A stretch of 54,874 nt of DNA, counting the filler, from Sphacelaria rigidula (lineage: Eukaryota), in NCBI GenBank assembly GCA_964200075.2. It is 3 parts of 3 records of this genome, joined end to end, with 100 filler letters (N's around TTAATTAATTAA, not from the genome) between each part and the next. Parts side by side here need not be neighbours in the genome. Positions count along the whole stretch, not along the records: positions 36,653 to 54,874 come from CAXNAA020000891.1; 2 more parts are not named here. One strand, given 5' to 3'. A program made the translations under genes and the position numbers. Of this stretch, positions 50,071 through 54,874 are shown one piece after another (the first letter of the stretch is position 1; each line of letters opens with the position of its first letter). The notes below the pieces were generated by a model. The model was not told where the DNA came from, made no database searches, and worked only from the letters and a program-made list of their open reading frames with translations.

Positions 50071-50961
50071 TAGAGTTGTGAACTGGCTGCCAGTTTAACT
50101 GACCAGTTACAGTTCATTGGTACAACTGGTGAACTGATCGGTTTTGTAACCAGTTGAACCAGTTATTTCACCTGACATCCGTGTCATACTCCGAAGTGTT
50201 TTGTGTTCATATCTGTCATACTCGAGTCAACGTTTTTGGAGTTTTATCGTACCACAATGACCCTAGGGACGCTGTTACAGAGGCGAGTACATGGATGACC
50301 GCATATCGCACACCTGAACGTAGACACGAATATCGCAGACAAAATATACTTATACAAGAAGAAGTAGAGATTGAGCACGGACAGTTGTTGATTGAGCGGA
50401 TCTGAAATGTGAAGCAAGACTGCGCTCCATAGCGTTGTTGTGTGTGTTTTGCTTCATTCTGTCGGCGTTGAGCGTTGATCGTTTTGTGGTGGCTCGTCAA
50501 TGTGATACCGAAGCATGAGGAAGAGTCGAGATTTCTATTAAATTTTCTTGACTGATGAAATCACACTCAAGAACATCACCAAGTTGTGCTACTATAGTAG
50601 TAGGTTCTGTCGCTTGGGTGGTACACGCGTAACGCTATATATGCTGCACTACTGTCTCACCGCTTCGTTTTTTAATTAACGTCGCAAAGTTGAGTGATAT
50701 TTCCTTTTTCCCCATACATATTTTTGTGCACCGATTACGTGCTCGAATTGCTGGCGCTAGGCGACTGGAATTCACCACAATTTTGAAGAGATATGAAGCC
50801 AAGTAGTGTATTTTTCTTGCCTCCGGCAGGGCCCCCTCACCAGCCGAGGGAGGCCGCTTAAGCGACTTTGCCGCCAGTTATCCACTTTTAACTGATAACT
50901 GTAACTAGTTGTAATTTTTTGCAATCAGTTAACTGGTTAGCCAAACCAGTTCACAACTCTA
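50071..50961. mobile_element. hAT-like non-autonomous element
   Basis: Perfect 16-bp TIRs TAGAGTTGTGAACTGG / CCAGTTCACAACTCTA, many subterminal CCAGTT/AACTG repeats, and flanking 8-mers GTATTTGT / GGATTTGG (6 of 8, a decayed 8-bp TSD). Confidence 0.75.
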
Positions 50962-50980
50962 GGATTTGGTACCTATATCA

Positions 50981-51224
50981 GCCCGTCTACAGCCGGTTTT
51001 CCCCTGTGGATCCATATCTCGGACCCCAGTCCGTTGGGCGATGTTTTTCGCGTAGCCCTGAGGAAACCACATCGATTCTCTGGACGTTGACTTTTGGTTT
51101 ATCACCTTTCTGCTCAGAGAATCAGAGACTTCATGTGGTTTCCTCAGAGCTAGACGAAAAACATTGCCCAACGAACTGGGGGCCGAAAAATCAATCCACG
51201 GGAGAAAATCGGCTGTAGACGGGC
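50981..51224. mobile_element. Foldback MITE with ~90-100-bp arms (possibly Harbinger/Tourist-like)
   Basis: GCCCGTCTACAGCCGGTTTTCCCCTGTGGAT...CTGAGGAAACCACAT pairs with ATGTGGTTTCCTCAG...ATCCACGGGAGAAAATCGGCTGTAGACGGGC. Confidence 0.8.
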
Positions 51225-52094
51225 TCGAATCCCCATATTTGTACAAATCCGGTTTGGTTGCCGTACAAGATGGTCTAGCCCTTTGTCTACGGGGTGGTCT
51301 CCCGCCAATTGCAAAACTAAGCCGCCTCGCTAGCATCGATCGTTTTGATCTCTCTGGCCCGCGGTCAACTCTCATTAATCTCTCGGAAGCAGACGTGAAT
51401 CCTTGTTCCGTGTCCACCTGCCTACCCTCAATACGTGAGCCAACCTGAGTATCAGAGGTTCGACTACGTCTGGCAGCTTAATTACTCGGATGAACAGTAC
51501 GTTCCCCCTGATTCTGGACTCCAGTCAAACGAACTCTGGGTGCGCGATCTTCCATATATGTGAAACCCCCGGCCGTACACGCGAAACACCAACGAGTTTA
51601 TTACCTGAAAATCTCACGACAACCCGCGCAACCATGTTACGGTGACATCTGCTGTTGTGTTATAGCACCGTAGAGTTTGTCATCTTGTGTACGTTCCTCT
51701 CAGATTGACACGGAGCTTTAGCGCATGAAACTGATGCGCGCCAGAACTTCTTTCTCACTCATGTCCAGTTTTTTTCAATGCTGATGAGTCCCAATTCCGG
51801 TGTTCCGACTGTACCGTACACGTGTATACACATCCGGATGCATGTGGACGGGCGGGCACGCCAAAAAAAAAATCATGCCCTTGATAGCGCACCACGTGCA
51901 TCTCGCCTGCCGGATCCGTTCTTCTTCCGTCCCTCACCGACCTCGACATATCGCGCCTGGATAACACAAACGTCCGAAACACGCACCCCGTCATGGCGCA
52001 CTTTCCCGCGTTCCCTTGGACAACATCGCCACAAACGCCGACTTTTTTAGGTTGAGATCGAAAGGACCCAGTTTCCGGCGCGGCAGTCATCCCC

Positions 52095-53450
52095 ATGAAC
52101 GGAAATAATGGGCATGGAGGTATCGTTAGCTCGTCACCATCAACAACGAGAGCAAGCTCTGGGCCTCCGGGGCCGGCGGCGGCAGCGGCGACAGAAGCGT
52201 ACCCGCCAATAGACAGGCAACCTATCCGGCCGCGGTTGGCGCCTCCCGCTTCCATGCCCCCAGCTTCGGCGTTTGTAGGACAGATCCCGGGCGCAGATGG
52301 AAATTTCGGTGTAGCAAATGACCCGCCAGCGGTTGGAGGGGATGCGAGATTGCCGGGCCGGTCACCACAACAACACCACCACCACCACCAGGTGGTGCAA
52401 AACACACCTGTTGGAGCCAGCGGCGGCGGCAAAACAAGCGTCAGGCAGACTGTGGTCAACACGCGCGCAGCTGTCGGTTTCCTCAAGTCGAGCAGGAGAA
52501 TAAGGGAGGCGAGAAAAAAGGTTGAGATGGAAAGGAGGGCTAGCAGTGCGGCCGAGCGATCGACTGCGGCAACTCCCACCCCGTCTGCTGCGGCAGGGTC
52601 AACGGCACCGGGAGCGGGAAGCATCAACACTTCACCCGCGGGCTCTGCCGTTGCACCTGATTCGTTTGGAGCACCAAACCTCCCCCAGACAAGAGCTTTG
52701 ACCAACGGGACGGTACAGGTCGTGAAAGGTGGGATATCACCCGCACCGGCGGCGGCGGGCCGATCTCTTCCAGGTGGTGTCCTAAGCGCATGCGCCGGGG
52801 TTAAGTCTACGGCGGAGGGGTCGCCTCGGAGGCTAGCCATGGATCGATACCGTGAGCTGGCAAGAAACAGCGACTCTGAAGCTGCGGTAGCTGCGCAAGC
52901 TGCAGCAGCCGTGGCAGCGGCGGCGGCAGCGCCGCCTGATCGACCTCCCCTTACACCCATCAACCCTTCCCCGATAGCACCACAAGGTATCGGGGGTGAT
53001 CTCGCGGGAAACATCCCGATAGGGCAATACCATCAGCGCCCACCACTGCGAACATGCGCGGATCACGCAGGTCGAACCCAACCCCCGACAGAACAGCAGC
53101 CCGCCGAAGCGAATGGATCGGGGGCGGCGGCGGTCACGGCGGTCAACGCGGCCGCCACCAGTGTCACTCCAGGTACAGCAGGTTTGGTGCGCGAAGCTGT
53201 GTTGGCGGTGGAGCCTTGGGCGGAAGGAGTTGTTTCTTCGTCGAGGGGAGGCGATCGAGCTGCGCTTGGAAAGACAGACCGGAGGGAGAGCGGCGGGTCT
53301 GTTGGAGAGGGAAGGGGGGAGCTGTGGGCTTCGGATACCTTGAAGGAGCTGTATGGGGGTAGGACGGCCGATGTAGAATACACGGTCCAGGAGCATGCGA
53401 CGCCGACGAGTGAGCCCAAAGTGGTGCTGTTGCTGGAGGAGGAGGCCGAG
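52095..53450 (+). CDS. First coding exon of an Ala/Pro/Gly-rich protein of unknown function; continues downstream
   Basis: 485-aa ORF. An in-frame TGA lies just upstream of ATG 52095, after a TTTTTTAG acceptor at 52050 (likely a 5'UTR intron). Likely donor GAG|GTGGGT at 53450/53451, after which composition becomes intron-like. Confidence 0.7.
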
Positions 53451-54474
53451 GTGGGTACTGTGGGCGCTACATCACTCGGCAGAGTGTTTTCGGTTTGGTG
53501 CTGTTTTGCGGTTCCGACTGTTACGTGCGGTAGACGAGGCCTGTATGTGTGATGTATATTAATGCCGCCCAGGCTCGGAGATTGCTTGGTGTATAGGTCA
53601 TCATATACTCTTGTTCAGATGCTCCCCATACCTGTACTGAAGAGCCTGTTGCTTCTCAAAAACCTGTGCACTAGCTTCTTGCTCGCAAGATACGTCTTGT
53701 TGGTCGGTATACTTGACGTACTATAGATCCAAATACTCACTATTACTACAATGTGGAGATTTTCGGTATAGTGCATGCAGAGTTATCACATTGGGGTTTT
53801 GACCTCTCCCGCTTTTATTTATTTATTTTTTGCACGAGGAAGAGAACTTGTTGCAGTGCGCGAGATCGGATTTGTGGCGGGAGAGAAAAAATCACGTACA
53901 CTTCCCCCCCCCCCCCGAAAGTACATCGGTCGTCCCCCACTTTTTCCTTTTTTTTGGGGGGGGGGGGGGGGGGGGACGCATTTTTTTTTTTTTTTTTCCC
54001 CCCTTCAACTTTTAAATAATTTTTTTTTTTTNNNNNNNNNNGGGGGAAAAAAAAATACACTCCCGCCCCCCCCCCCCCCCCGAAGTAACTGGGGTCCCCC
54101 CCCTTTTTCCCTTTTTTTGGGGGGGGGGGGGGGGGGGGGCATCATACTTTGTTGATTTAGTGCCCCCTTTACACTGTAGATGAATCATTGTTGTTTTAGT
54201 ATGTTACAGGGGTCCATGACTACTGCCGCGCCCCGGCGGTCTAATGACACAACTTATCCGTTAGGCCAGGAAAGGCAGATCCAATGCCGGCACATACGTT
54301 CGTATATTTATTTGTGGAAGTATCTGATGTCCGTTTTTTAAAACCTGAGGACCGTGAAGACCGGAATAAGACTTCATGATTATAGTCATGATCCAGTCCG
54401 CGGTGGTGCCAAATTGCAAGGCGTGTGTCGGGGGAAGTATTGGGGTGTAAAAAAGTGTGCCAAAAAAAAAAAAG

Positions 54475-54874
54475 CAGGGAGGGATACGTGACACACGTGA
54501 CACATTTGAAAAAAACGGAAAAAACGTAACTTTGGCCCATTTGACGCTACGTACGGTTTGATTTTTTGGACGGGACAAGTGCAACGTAACGTGATGTAAC
54601 ATGTGGACCTTGAAGCAGTGTAAAAAGGCTGTTTTTGCGATTTTTTTACGTGACACGTGATATATTCACGAAAACAAGCAGAGTTTTCGTCACATTTGGA
54701 AAGTAAACCGCAATGTTGGGGTTCATGCGAAGAAGCACCACACGTTACATCACGTTACGTTACACATGTCCCATCCAAAAAATCAAATCTTACGTAGCGA
54801 GCGTTAAATGACCCAAAGTTACGTGTTTTCGAATGTGTCACGTTAAAACGTCACGTGTCACGTATCCCTCCCTG
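54475..54874. mobile_element. hAT-like MITE with long (~130-bp) TIRs
   Basis: Perfect terminal 20-mer CAGGGAGGGATACGTGACAC / GTGTCACGTATCCCTCCCTG, with imperfect pairing continuing inward and many ACGTGA/ACGTAA repeats. The right TSD is outside the window. Confidence 0.85.

Noticed and set aside
51780-51815. CTGATGAGTCCCAA, hammerhead-ribozyme-like start
   Set aside because: No closing stem II or GAAA core follows.
51755-53014. 419-aa minus-strand ORF
   Set aside because: Antisense shadow of the 52095 plus-strand exon.
53890-54140. Duplicated poly-C/poly-G/poly-T segments flanking Ns (also 49280-49490 and 26440-26540)
   Set aside because: Low-quality read ends or gap-flank duplications, i.e. 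assembly artefacts.

Overview
Eukaryotic, intron-rich genomic DNA, most likely from a brown alga (Phaeophyceae). That assignment is inferred from the many short exons in kb-scale GT-AG introns and from the repeat landscape. Most listed six-frame ORFs are spurious. By splicing manually with phase checks I recover four genes. (1) A minus-strand protein disulfide isomerase-family gene (17428 to at least 3930): signal peptide, two WCGHC thioredoxin domains, and an unusual Asp/Ser-rich tail that follows an internal EDEL motif and is built from duplicated exons. (2) A minus-strand Spinster-like MFS transporter (35889 to 18789, 3' end not found). (3) A six-exon, ~1,940-aa disordered protein (47638 to 38928) with N-terminal SILK-like, RVxF and FDxxLP PP1-docking motifs, LR/TRS basic motifs and a C-terminal amphipathic helix; this is the most interesting item. 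(4) The first coding exon of an Ala/Pro/Gly-rich protein on the plus strand (52095-53450). Introns and intergenic DNA carry a tRNA-derived SINE family, a 5'-truncated LINE, several MITEs and foldbacks, and a probable decayed two-gene DNA transposon (SWIM/YqaJ plus DDE, ISL2EU-like). Two 100-nt N spacers containing TTAATTAATTAA are artificial contig joins, so adjacency across them is not guaranteed.
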